DNA of 64,000 nucleotides from Antedon mediterranea (lineage: Eukaryota; Animalia; Echinodermata): the NCBI RefSeq assembly GCF_964355755.1, contig NC_092670.1:30616388-30680387 (forward strand), given 5' to 3'. A model generated the notes under the pieces. It was not told the DNA's origin and made no database searches. It worked only from the letters and a program-made list of their open reading frames with translations. The position numbers were made by a program, and so were the translations under genes. Below, one piece after another: positions 49,081 through 61,049 of the stretch (the first letter of the stretch is position 1; every line of letters begins with the position of its first letter).

Positions 49081-49794
49081 TGCTAGGCATAATCTTCAAG
49101 ATTTTTTATTACTGTAGTCCTATTACCATTATTTATTTGCCAATTTTAAATGTATATTTAAACTTTATTAAACTACCGCACAACCAACCGCCACTTGAAC
49201 CTTTAAATAAGTAAATTGAGCAAGTTAAAGTTTTTAAAAAATAAATTTCCGTTTGGTAATACATCTGTAGAAGATATCCTTAATTACAGTATTATTAGTG
49301 CTGTTTCACATATGCCGGAGGTAAATTAATATGACCATGAAAATGTGTTGTTTATTTAATGCTATTTGTATTGAAGTATGCAGAACAACCCTCTGTGGTC
49401 TGTAAATAAAAACAACATTCAATTAATAATAATCATTATTTAATTATATTTATATATTTATTCTTATTTTCTTAGGCCTCCCTAGGTCTATAAATTAATA
49501 AACAACGCGCGTCCGACAATGAACACGCGCCAATAATGCACGCACTACCCAACTATTATATGCTAAAGCCTGGCTCTCCTACTGTACTACTAGGCCTAGA
49601 CTATAATATTGATTTATAAATAAAACAAAGAGGCTTTGTAGAGTTTTATGAATAAAAACAGCTTCCCCATATATTATGTGTTGCTCTTAATTTATAAAAC
49701 TAAATCTTTTATCTTATAGCGTAAAAATTGATTTTAGCTACAACCATGTGTTCCATTTTTAAGCAGTACAATACCCAAGAAGGCACATGTTTAA

Positions 49795-49985
49795 AGGGTC
49801 ATTCACACCTGTTCCGGCACGGTTCCGGTCAGGCGCCGGAAAATCCAATCGAACGTGAATGTTTCGTTTTCACGCGGTTACGCGCATATCGATTGGCGCA
49901 TAGCCGCGTGGAGCGTCGTGAAAACGAAACATTGATGTTCGATTCGCCGGATCGGAACCGTGCCGGAACAGGTGTGAAAGACCCT
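49795..49985. mobile_element. Near-fully palindromic Harbinger/Tourist-like MITE
   Basis: AGGGTC(A/T)TTCACACCTGTTCCGGCACGGTTCCG arms pair almost to the centre. TAA flanks both sides. Confidence 0.85.
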
Positions 49986-50532
49986 TAAGCAGCCATTTTT
50001 TTTATTAACTAATATTGAAAAGTCAAATATTCAGAAACTATAAAACCCACCTTCTGAAAAATTGCGTTGTTTTATTACAGCCTCAACAAATTAGACGAAA
50101 TTTTAACATTCGAATAGCCTAACATTGTTTAAAATCAGTGTCATTCACCCTTGTTTCACACAAATGTTATAGAATCGTCGATTAAAAAACAGTACCACGT
50201 GGTTCGTAGGTTGTCAAAGGTTTTCATGAATTATTCATTAGTAAATAAAACCAAAAGTTCCAATTGGCCAGTTTGCAAAAACGTAAGATTTATTTTTCAA
50301 AACAAAGTTTCTTCCGGTTAATTGTCCACGCTGTCTCGTGTGCAAAAACGATTCGCTGCCGATAGAGGGCTCACTACTTTTTGTCCCTGGTTAATTGAGT
50401 GTGTATAATCAAGCTTATAATTATAACGTTATACATTTTATATATAACAATTAGAAAAATATACTGTATTAAACTTATGCATCCGATTAATAAATGTTTA
50501 TTTTACCTTAATACTATATTTGCTTTAAACAG

Positions 50533-51464
50533 AAATTTCACAAGTCTGCATTTGTAGCGTTCAGATTGGATTAGTTGAACTTTACAAACATTATGGAGTA
50601 AGGCCGAGTGCCATCATCGGTCAGAGTGTAGGTGAGGTGGCAGCAGCCTACGCAGCTGGACTTTTCACTATGGAAACAGCAGTCAAACTAATATTTAAAC
50701 GAGGAAATATCCTAAGTAAAATAAGTGGCTCAGGAACGATGATGGCAGTTCATCATGACGTGGAAGTTGTCAAAAGAAAGCTAGACTGTACTCCAATAGA
50801 GATAGACATAGGAGCAATAAACAGCCCTAAGCAGATTGTATTGTCTGGGAAAACAGAGTTACTTATTGAATTTTCATCCCAATTAAAAAAAGAGGGCATA
50901 GTGACAAAATTACTAAATGTTAATAGTCCATTTCACAGTCGTCATCAAGACGATTTAAAGGAAGAATTTCTAAGAAATACTAGTTTCCTTCAGAAGCAAC
51001 CATATTCAGCTAATGAAACATCTGTTACTCCAATGATGTCAACTGTAACAAACCGTTATATTACTCTACAAGAAGCACATGACCCTGCTTACTGGAGTAA
51101 TATTCGCCAGATGGTGCGTTTAAAAGACGCACTAGATGATGTACTCAATAGCGGTTGCAATGGTTTTTTAGAAATAGGAGCTCATCCAACGTTGTCACCA
51201 GTTATTAAAGAAACTATAGCTTCGAAATCGATAAAACCAACGATTTACTTTATCACTCATTCTCTTAAAACACCACGTAATGTAAGTATCACTGCCGATG
51301 ATAATCTAAATTTCATTACATCGTTAGCACAGATGTTTGCAGAAGGTTACCCTGTTGATATGACACCATGCTTTCAAGAGTTTAATTGCATGGTGGAGTC
51401 ATTGCCATTGTATCCATGGCAACATATACAGAGTCCAGCAGCAACTAAAAATAAGGGACCATGA
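50533..51464 (+). CDS. PKS-like gene coding exon 4 (AT core, post-AT linker, stop)
   Basis: Acceptor TTTAAACAG (phase 1). EISQVCI..VQIGL..GVRPSAIIGQSVGEVAAAYAAG..KRG..GTMMAV..AINSP..LSG..SPFHS..FLEIGAHPTL..LPLYPWQH, then TGA. Confidence 0.93.
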
Positions 51465-51499
51465 TCGTGTATGTTAGCTTAAAAATGCTAGTTTGGAAA

Positions 51500-51730
51500 A
51501 TCACTGTTGGTGCTGTTGTTGATTTGCTGTTGCTGTTACTGGTAATGTTGCTGTTGTTGATATTTTTGCTGTTTCCGTTGCTGTTACTGTTAATGTTGCT
51601 ATGGCTGCTGTTGTTGCTGTTCCCGTTGCTGTCGCTATTGTTAATGTTTCTTCTGTTACTACGGCTGCTGCTGTTGCTGTTCCCGTTGCTGTCGCTACTA
51701 TTAATGTTGCTGTTGTTGCTACGGCTGCTG
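51500..51730. repeat. Degenerate (CTG/TTG)n low-complexity repeat just after the PKS stop
   Basis: Runs of GCTGTT/GTTGCT that produce spurious poly-L and poly-N/S ORFs. Confidence 0.85.
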
Positions 51731-52260
51731 TAAATTATCATCCCACTTTATGTTTTTGAGTTTGATAATAAAAGGTTATGATAATCCAATACATTGTCAG
51801 TGCGCCCTCAGGTAGCTCAATAATTACTGAATTTATATATAGATTATGGTTAATTCTGACATAGGCGAGCACAATGGAAAAACTTTCGGACAAATCTCTG
51901 CCTTGGATAACTACCTATAAAAGTTTTTATAACCAAATTTCTGATTTCATCGGTTGATTTTCAATTCAATTTCAATTGTACGTGGGTGGAGGTAATTTCC
52001 ATTTTTATAATAAAACAATTATACTATTTGTAATAGAATTCATTGCACTGTTATCTACAATTTACCAAGCATTTGTTATCCTTTTTTACCACTTTTCTTA
52101 TCAGAGGATTTTATTTGATCATAAATGTTATCATATTATTAAAACTAAAAAAATATGTATATGTATATACAAATATATAAACTGAAAGACACACAAATTA
52201 TGATAACAAACGTTTCATAAGTAAACAACTTTTTATTAAATATGCAATAGATACGGTAAC

Positions 52261-52973
52261 AAACAAGGCCATATAGATGGCTGCAGTCGCGTGCTCATTA
52301 GTGTTTACCTACCGACCGACCAACCTAGCAAACTGACCGAAATTACTGAACATGTTTAAAAATGTTGAATTGTTTAAAAACATTATATTTTTTTAATTTA
52401 CACGTGCGTAGCCTGTCACTTTTGACGTGCTCGTATAACGTAATTTTGAGTTGAAAGGTAAGTCAAGAAAACAGACATCGGGCAAAAAGAGTGCGCAATA
52501 ACATTTAACGCGCAGTGCGCGCGCAAAAATCTGCGCACTTTTGTAAACGCTTAAAATTGCCTGAAACGTACTCTTATTTCATCAAAATTAATTTTGAAAA
52601 TTTTAAGCGCGCGTACGCATGCGTTACATGCGCTACGCACGTAATTGTATTGCCATATGATGATTTATGCCCTGAAATGTATGAGTACCAAATTTTATTT
52701 AATTGTGATTCATGGTTGTGAAGATATGATTACAAACGTGATTTCGTTAAATCGTGCGTAGACCGCGTAAATTTTTATTGCGCACCGTGAAAGCATAACC
52801 ACATCGATTCCTGGCCATAAGGAATATACTGTGAAAAATTGACTTAGCTAGATTAAACTGATATCAAGATAAGGTCAGAAAGCGATAAAACGCATAGTGA
52901 TACCGGACCGACAGACAGACAGACCGACCGACCGACATAGTGAACTATAGAGTCGCGTCGACGCGACTAAAAA
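52261..52973 (-). mobile_element. Long HINE, third copy (reverse orientation)
   Basis: Reverse complement of most of 40621-41437, but its 3' end matches the short HINE type (CAAGGCCATATAGATGGCTGCAGTCGCGT). Confidence 0.82.
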
Positions 52974-55900
52974 TATGCAGAAAATAATGTAAACATATAA
53001 TATGAGTTCTGTAATTGTTTTTTTATGAAACATTGAATGAATAAAGGTGGTGGTTAACCACAAAAGATAAAACAAAAAACTAAAAAAATGAACATATACC
53101 TCGAATAAGCACCTCCCTCAAATTAAATCCGTCTCCCCACCTCCGCCCTATAAGGGCCCTACCAAACAATCAAGCAATAAACACTATACTTTAAAAAGAC
53201 ACTGTGAAACAGAGTAGGTTTAGTTTTACGAATTTCAAGCATTTTCAATAATGGCAACCGACAGAAAACCTACAAGGAGAACGTCCTTTTAAAACCGTTT
53301 TACCCGAGTCATTACACTTTCTAGAGGAGAAGCGAGCAAAGCGAGCTTACCCTATAATATTTGGTATATATATAAACATAATTTGTAATGGAGTATCTAA
53401 TATAAGATTTTCCGGGATTAGGATGTGAGAGAGATAGACTACTCCCTGGACAAATATTTGTCTTTAAAATTATATGTCCCATACCATTTAACATTGTAAT
53501 ATCCCTTTACAGCTTAAATTAGAAGGATAACAAAAACGAGTAACGAATTTCACACTAGAGTAAGTGACTGGTGTTAAATTTAAACGTATAACGTAGGCAT
53601 ATTAGGTACAATGCCCATACTCTTATCGAGTTGCGTTGATGGAAAAAAATTCGTAAAACACCAATAGGAAAACAATATTTTAATATTGTTTCTATTTTTA
53701 ATCGAGCAACGGTGGGAAGTCCTATATTGATGTTATATGCATCCGCTATTACGGAGGCCAAAGTTAGAAATAATATAGGTCAAATAGTTTGTTATGTATC
53801 TCAAAATTATAGTGTTACGGGCTGATTATACAGTAACGGATGTAATACAGCGGTATTAGGCTTTGATCAGTTGATGTATTTGCAATTTTCTTTTCATAAA
53901 GACATTCAGGCCCACATAAAATGATGGGAGATAAATAATATTATTTTGTTTATATATTATAGTGAACTTGATTTACTGACATATCTCCTGGTCATTGTCC
54001 TCAAAGGGGACATTGCCGATTCTTATCTTCATGTTCTATGAGGTAATGTGGTCTAGATAAAATTAACAGTACGAGCAATCACATAATAACTGCTGACAGG
54101 TGCTTTTAACAAATTTTATCCGACATCTTTAATATTCAAGTCAGTCTACTTTAAAAATGACATACTTTGGAAGTTTGGAAGTGGCCAACTTGAGGTGGTT
54201 TGATATTTTCGAGTCGGTCGCTTACGAGAGATACGGTCAACCATCTCATTTCCAAACATTGTAGGAGGAGGCATATTACATTTAAAAATATGTATAAACT
54301 GTGAAAAACAACACTGATTAGGGGAGAACAAACAGCATTTGAATGGAAGAGGTTTGACTGGCGCGTCGCCCTCAGTCGTCGGTTTATGATTTTGCGGATA
54401 CACATGCTTGATGAATATTTAGTTCAAATACATTATTTACAATACAGTTTATACAATATAAACAGAGGCGGTTAATTTGACTTTCTAAAATATTAAACAA
54501 TATCATAGTACGGTATATAAACAAGTAGGCTAAATGTAGGCCTAATGTACATTTACAACAAACACACGTCACACAACATCCTTACCCATATACCTATATA
54601 GTTCAAATTCATGTAAATGCACAGCGTTTGTTTGTTTTGGGTTTTTCCTGCACTTATAAGAATTTAGTTGAAGTGCTTGTTTTGTTTCTTTCTGGAGGTT
54701 CAGACTTAAAAGGCCATTGTGTTGAAATCTCCACGCACAATCAAATGTATTATTATATAATATTTATCATTACAAATGTATTTATTATATGTTGTGTGAA
54801 GTAAACTAAACTGAAACTAAAGATTTATCAAATATGCAGTCTATTCTATAAGATGAACGGACTGTTTTGATAAATAAAGCATCAGTTTTCACGTAAGCGA
54901 TTTTTAACTATATTGACTTAAGCAAACAGATTCATCCCAGATGAGAAGGCTAATAACTAATATCTGACATATCTCGTGGCTGATATGAAATAACGTTACA
55001 GAAGAATACTCACATGTTCAGTAAGTACACACTGCTTTACCATGATTTTACCTTAGGCTTTCCATTATTTAATCTACGATAAAGGAATGCTAAGCCTAGT
55101 TGTGATAACTTTGTCGATTTTTGAAACAAAATGTTGACAGGTGATGCTACCAATCTTTGCCAAAACATGTTACCTTGATTTTGTCAATAATATCATATTC
55201 AAGTGCCGGCAGATTGGGACTGCTAACCAGGAAACATCGATTTACTTACCAATAGCTAGCACCCAGCGAAGAATTGATTTTGTCGTTCTATCCGTTTAAC
55301 ACCTAAATGCGATTTATTTCACCTGTTCTTACACGCTGTTCACTTTCATCCCATAGCAATAATATAATATTTAGTTTAACCCATTTCTCTTATTGATGAA
55401 CAGTATACATTTCTGAGAGGTACTAATGGTTATAGGATACCATTTAATTGGGTCAAGATAATGTTACTTTTTCTATCAATATCAAATATCGGAAAATTGA
55501 GGGAATTAACTAAGCTTTGACTGATGACGCCACAATTATACAATGTGATCAAACGAACTGCAATGTAATCTAAATAGTAAAAATTGAAATCTCAAAAGCA
55601 TGCAAATGGTCTCACCCTGCTGTTTAGCTAGGCATAGTCCCTGTCGAGCTAGTAGTACTAGTAGGGCCGACTGGGCCTAGAGTGTAGGGCTAGCCTATGG
55701 CTAACTAATATTAGCCAATGATATACTATCCTAAACCTATATAGCCTAATATTGTCAAGAAAAAAGAACTTTTGCAAAATTAAATATTAATATTAAATTA
55801 TTAAAATTTAAATTTGCAATTATATACAGCCTAGCGCAAAGATCACCACACACTGGACATCATGGTTCATCGTTTTGCTATTTTGTGACCTAAATCAATG

Positions 55901-56454
55901 GATTCAACTACACAGCCTACGTCTATCCCTGCGCTTAGTAGCAGTAACACGAGGGTGAGCGTAACCATGGAGTAATTATTTCTCAATAGTGTAACTTAGT
56001 GAATTCATGGATCATCTTGTTTTCCAGGATGTGGATACCAAATGATGAATATGCCCTTAACCTCTTTATTTGAGATGACCCCTTAAATAATTGTTTGGTT
56101 GCTAGGCTTTCTGGAGGAAAACAAATTGATCGTATCCTAGCTTCTGTAGGCCAAAATGCCATCTGATTAAAATGTAGAGTCTGAAATTGCTGATTACCGG
56201 CGTGATATTTGCGGGCAATGTCAAGAGTTGCTAATGAAAATATAATTTTTCTTTCAGGTAATCTAATATTTATATTTTATTCTTTAAAAAAAAACGTCGA
56301 CCATAGATTTCCCTACAATTTGTGTTGGTCAACATGGGCAATTAAACTTGCTTTTTTTGCCTAATACTTGGTAGGCCTATGTGTACTGAAGAGACCAATT
56401 ATAGTTATTATAATTATTATCATAATTATTGCAGTGTCCATAAAAAAACTAAAA

Positions 56455-56885
56455 AAGACCAAGATTCAATGTTCGGACACAAAGATAAGACCTTTGCAAT
56501 ATTCGGATACACAAAGATAAGACTTCTATAATATTTAGACACACAACCAATAATACATCTAAAATGTTCGGACACACACCGATAAGACTTTTGCAATGTT
56601 CGGACACACAAAGATAAGACTTTTGCAATGTTCTGACACACCAATAAAACTTCAGCAATGTTTGGACACACAAAGATAAGACTTCTATAATGTTCGGACA
56701 GACACCGATAATACAGTAATGTTCGAACACAAGAATATAAGACTTCTGCAATGTTCGGACACACACCGATAATACTTCTGCAATGTTCGGACACAAAAAT
56801 GTAAGACTTCTGCAATGTCCGGACACAAACCGATAAGATTTCTGCAATTTTCGGACACACAAAGAAAAGACTTCTACACCGAGGA
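56455..56885. repeat. Degenerate ~32-34-bp tandem repeat
   Basis: About 13 units related to GACTTCTGCAATGTTCGGACACACAAAGATAA. Confidence 0.85.
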
Positions 56886-58581
56886 AACGTGCAATCACAT
56901 ACCAATGAAACTACAGTAATTTTTGTATAGAACTAAAGAGGAGGCCACGAACTGCAATGCAATCGGACATGCAGATGAGGCTACTAACATGATAATACAA
57001 AACAGAAGAGAACTTCAATGTTCGCACAAACTTAGAAGCTACTTCAATTCAATGTCCGTACAGACTACATGCTAGAACAATCTTAGACCTGATTTCCGTA
57101 GATTTACCAATCACAACATTGCTACCTCTGGACCAAACTTCGTCAAAATGGTTTAAAAGGTTTGATTCACATTAAAAAAATCATTTAAAATATAAGTTAT
57201 CTGTATATTAATTTTATTTAATATTTGCTCCTGTGTGATGTGTTTATATACATTTGTAGTATTGACTTATTCTGTCTTTGATATATGAAAAAAATGTGTA
57301 CAGTACCAATATTTAACTGCACATTTCGGATTCTACTGAAATATTCTGAGAAAGTAATAAGAATTCTACTGCAATGTTACCGCGACGAATTTTTCTCTTA
57401 GTAATAATGCATATACTATTGATTTAGTCATCGACAATTCACACTTCCTCAAGATACCTCTATACTACCCGTTGCGTTGTCCAGTCGATGTCCACTACCA
57501 CTATTCGCATCTTCATAAACACCTACACTATATCAACAATACAGCCACAACTTTAACACAATGCGTCTTTCGTTTCTTTCTGTCTTGCGTCAATATGTAG
57601 GGCCTACGTTGCGTTTCAATACTCTGTGATACATAAGTCCTACTTAAAACTTTGTTTATCTTAACTCCACATTCGCCCACTATTTAACAACATAACACGT
57701 TTGAATCTTGAAATTAATTTCCTTTGAGGAGAAATTTTATTGCCATTCACCAGAGATTGAAAGTTCAAGGAAATTCCGATTGAATGTTTAAAAACAACCC
57801 ACGACACTACAGTAAGCCTACGTAACAGGAGTACAATGCAGGTGCAGTTTTTCCCGTTATACAAATAGAACAACAACAATAATTTTGCTACAGCATAACT
57901 ACCATGTAGCGAGTAAGACATTTAAAAGTGCGTTATCAGAGGCACTGATTATATTGAGTTTTTTTATATAATAATGTAGGCACTTGGAATATCATTTTAA
58001 GTATATTATTGTTATTGTATTATGTTTATATATATTATAATCCACATATAATTAACTTAATAAGCCAAAGATCATTGCAATTGACCAAGTAGGCCGTTGT
58101 CTAGTGTCATTTTATTAAAAAAACAATTTGTAATCAAAATGTTGAATTACTACAGAGTAAGCTTGTTAAAGATAACCAAACGAGGTGTTCAACAGGAAGT
58201 TGTGAGCCGAGAAAACATTAAGCGCATTTAATGTCCTTAGCGTACGCTATCTTATAAAGCTAAGTCGCTAATGGATAGAATTGTAGGTTCTTAAAATGAG
58301 GTTTTTTAATTATTATTTATATAAGTCATCTTTTCAAATGTTACAGTCGGTAGTATTCAAACACACTATAATGATTTAACTAAAATACTTTTATTTCACA
58401 TGCCATAATAAGGCCCAGCGAGACCTGAAAATGAGTTGATTAGACCAGGGAGTTGTTTACAACTCCCTGATTAGACTTACATTGGATTCCACTGTACTGT
58501 ATAATTTTAGTTCGGAATGATGACATCACTATTGGACCACAATCTATCATGGTAAGTGATTGGATGAGTGATTATACATAC

Positions 58582-58778
58582 CTGGGCATACGAGGCACGC
58601 GAAATGTTAACCAACAACTGTATTTTCGTTTCACGCGGTGAAACACGGCTGCCTGGGGCTGATTGTCGTCTGCCTGTGTTGTTTGTCGTTTTTTCACACG
58701 GGGACAGAACGTCCAAAACAGCCTTGAATTGATCTAGTTTTGTCCTCAAGGTGGCACTTTTGACACTTGGATGCTTAG
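58582..58778 (-). CDS. Candidate internal exon of an unidentified gene
   Basis: Acceptor TTTCTTTTTCGTATAG and donor CAG|GTATGT. The 197 nt are open in one frame and richer in GC than the flanks. No recognised homology. Confidence 0.3.
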
Positions 58779-61000
58779 CTATACGAAAAAGAAAGAAGTA
58801 TAGCACTGGTAAATTAATACACTGCTGTCACCTTGAAAGAACAAATACCTCTGTCGTTTAAAAAAGAGTTAAAATGCTTATATTTGTATAGACTCACGTT
58901 TTCTAGAATTACAGCCGATTCTCGGTACTATATCTATTTCCAAAGTAGGCCTATCATAGGAATATTTGGTAATACAACATCACATGTATCTAGTAGTAAC
59001 ATAACCTTACATGATACAGGCACCACATGTGGTATACATGAGATACTGTATTACCAAATATTCCTATGATGTTTCGGAAATAGATAGTAGCCTATGTGAA
59101 AGAGATACAGCATTGGGAATCGGGTGAGAGTTGATGATTTCTTGATAAATGTTGTTCTCAATAGCATGCAACCACATACATTTTCGATAATTAATTACAA
59201 ACATTAAACAAACTATTTCAATTCAATTCAATTCACTTTTATTTCAGAACAAAGTCCATATCATAACACATAACAATTTCAGTACATACGTAGGCCTATG
59301 CAATTTAAGATTATGTTTTACAGCAACCATGTCAATTTTATCTGGTGGGGTTCATTTTGAAACAAACATGAGAAGATAAAACTTGCCATGGTGTTAATCA
59401 TGGTGGGTAAAAGATCTGTCACGATGCGGAAGGTGGTTCTATTTGCTAAATGTATGTGACCGGACATCTTTGCTCACTTGGCCAAAACAGTATGTTATAA
59501 TGTTATGTTTAAATATTTCATTTAAGTCATATTTAAAGAATCAAATTCATAGTAGTATAGTCATTGACTTATCATCACACGACATGACGAAATTGAAGGA
59601 TGAATTAAACATCTGCATTATAAGCATCTTAATGTTTACCTTCATATTGGAGCAAAACAAAAGGTATGGACATTATTTTAAACAAATATTATCTAAAAAC
59701 TAAGTACATATCCTTCTATAATGGTTAAGAGGTGATTTAGATAGATCACGTTTGGAATACCTGTGAGAGAAGTTAGTCACGTTCACTGCTCATCGCATAC
59801 ACTGTATAAAACTCGAATAAACTTTAAAGTAAACAAAAAGACAAAAAAAGTGGATATTATTTCCTAATCTAAACAAAATATCACATTTGTGACGTAATTT
59901 CAACGAAGTGTTTTTATAACAATTAATGACATTTTATCAATAAATAAACAAATAAGTTTAGTTCTATTAACTATGAATATAGTTGGTTACTCTGATTGGC
60001 TAACAGCAACAAAAGCTGTCAATTTTCTTGTAATTGTTTGGGCGGGATAAGGTGAAGGACGCCTTCTGTTTAGCATGTTTGTAAAGTTACTATAAATAGG
60101 CTAACTAGTATCGGTAGTTGTATGGTTCTCTCCTCAAACCATGCCCTGTTTTATTTTCACACGTTAATAACAATTGATTTTAAAGATTCTTGATAACGGA
60201 TCTTAGGCTGCCTGGAAACAACTCATAAATTGTAAACTTTTAGGAACAATTATCTATTAATAGAAAAAAAGCTGCTTGGACTCGGCCAATACAATCAACA
60301 TACAATATGCTCAACATTATTGAAAATACCTGTATATTATGAGGGAAATAGATACTTATGAATGTATTATGATAATAAGTAAATAATGATTTTTTTTTAC
60401 AAGAACAACATATTATTTAACATAAACACAATTATATTAATGATAACTAATAACTATAAATAAGATAAGATGTTTTCAAATGGTAGATGGTGATAGGTTG
60501 GTGTTGATATTATGCTTGTAAAATACATAAACGAAACGAAACATTGTTACACAATAATTATTATCAGCATCTTTTACTCTGTAGAATTAGCAAAGCATGT
60601 TACAGCGAGTCATGAATTATGATATTATAAGTACTTTGAAAACCACAATATAAATCTTACATAAAACAGTTCACTGTTTAACCACAAACAACAATTACAA
60701 ATTATTGTATTCACCTTGGATTTGAATGACATATTAAAAACGATGTAACGGAAGAAATTAATCCACTTGTCAATGCTACCGGTTATCGCCTTTATATTAA
60801 ATTTTATTCCCCTTCTTTAAATAGATTCATAGGATTCCCCAATGTTTTCTGTATTCTCCATACACTTTTTTTATTTTTATTATTTACGATCAAATTTACG
60901 ACGATGTCATTGTGAAAAACTCATTCTTGTAAATGTAAGAACAATTTCGACAGTCACGAAGTTATGTTTAGTGTGAGAGTGGGACAATATTGTATTACAA

Positions 61001-61049
61001 GGGAAGAGTTAAATTACAATTTAATTTAATTTGTAATTTAACTCTTCCC
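61001..61049. repeat. Short near-perfect hairpin
   Basis: GGGAAGAGTTAAATTACAA ... TTGTAATTTAACTCTTCCC. Confidence 0.8.

Noticed and set aside
33727-51464. Bacterial contamination or recent horizontal transfer of a PKS
   Set aside because: Spliceosomal introns filled with animal TEs and host-like AT content. The motifs resemble animal pigment-type PKS.
51445-51741. Poly-Asn/Ser or poly-Leu proteins
   Set aside because: Translations of a low-complexity triplet repeat.
53950-55560. Further PKS exons (DH/KR/ACP) downstream of the stop
   Set aside because: The frames I translated are closed by stops, and I saw no HPLL, GxGGxG or GxDS motifs. A tblastn would be needed to exclude very short or decayed exons.
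56455-56885. CRISPR-like array or repetitive protein ORFs (56426-56905, 56449-56898)
   Set aside because: The whole unit is a degenerate tandem repeat without unique spacers, and the ORFs are repeat artefacts.
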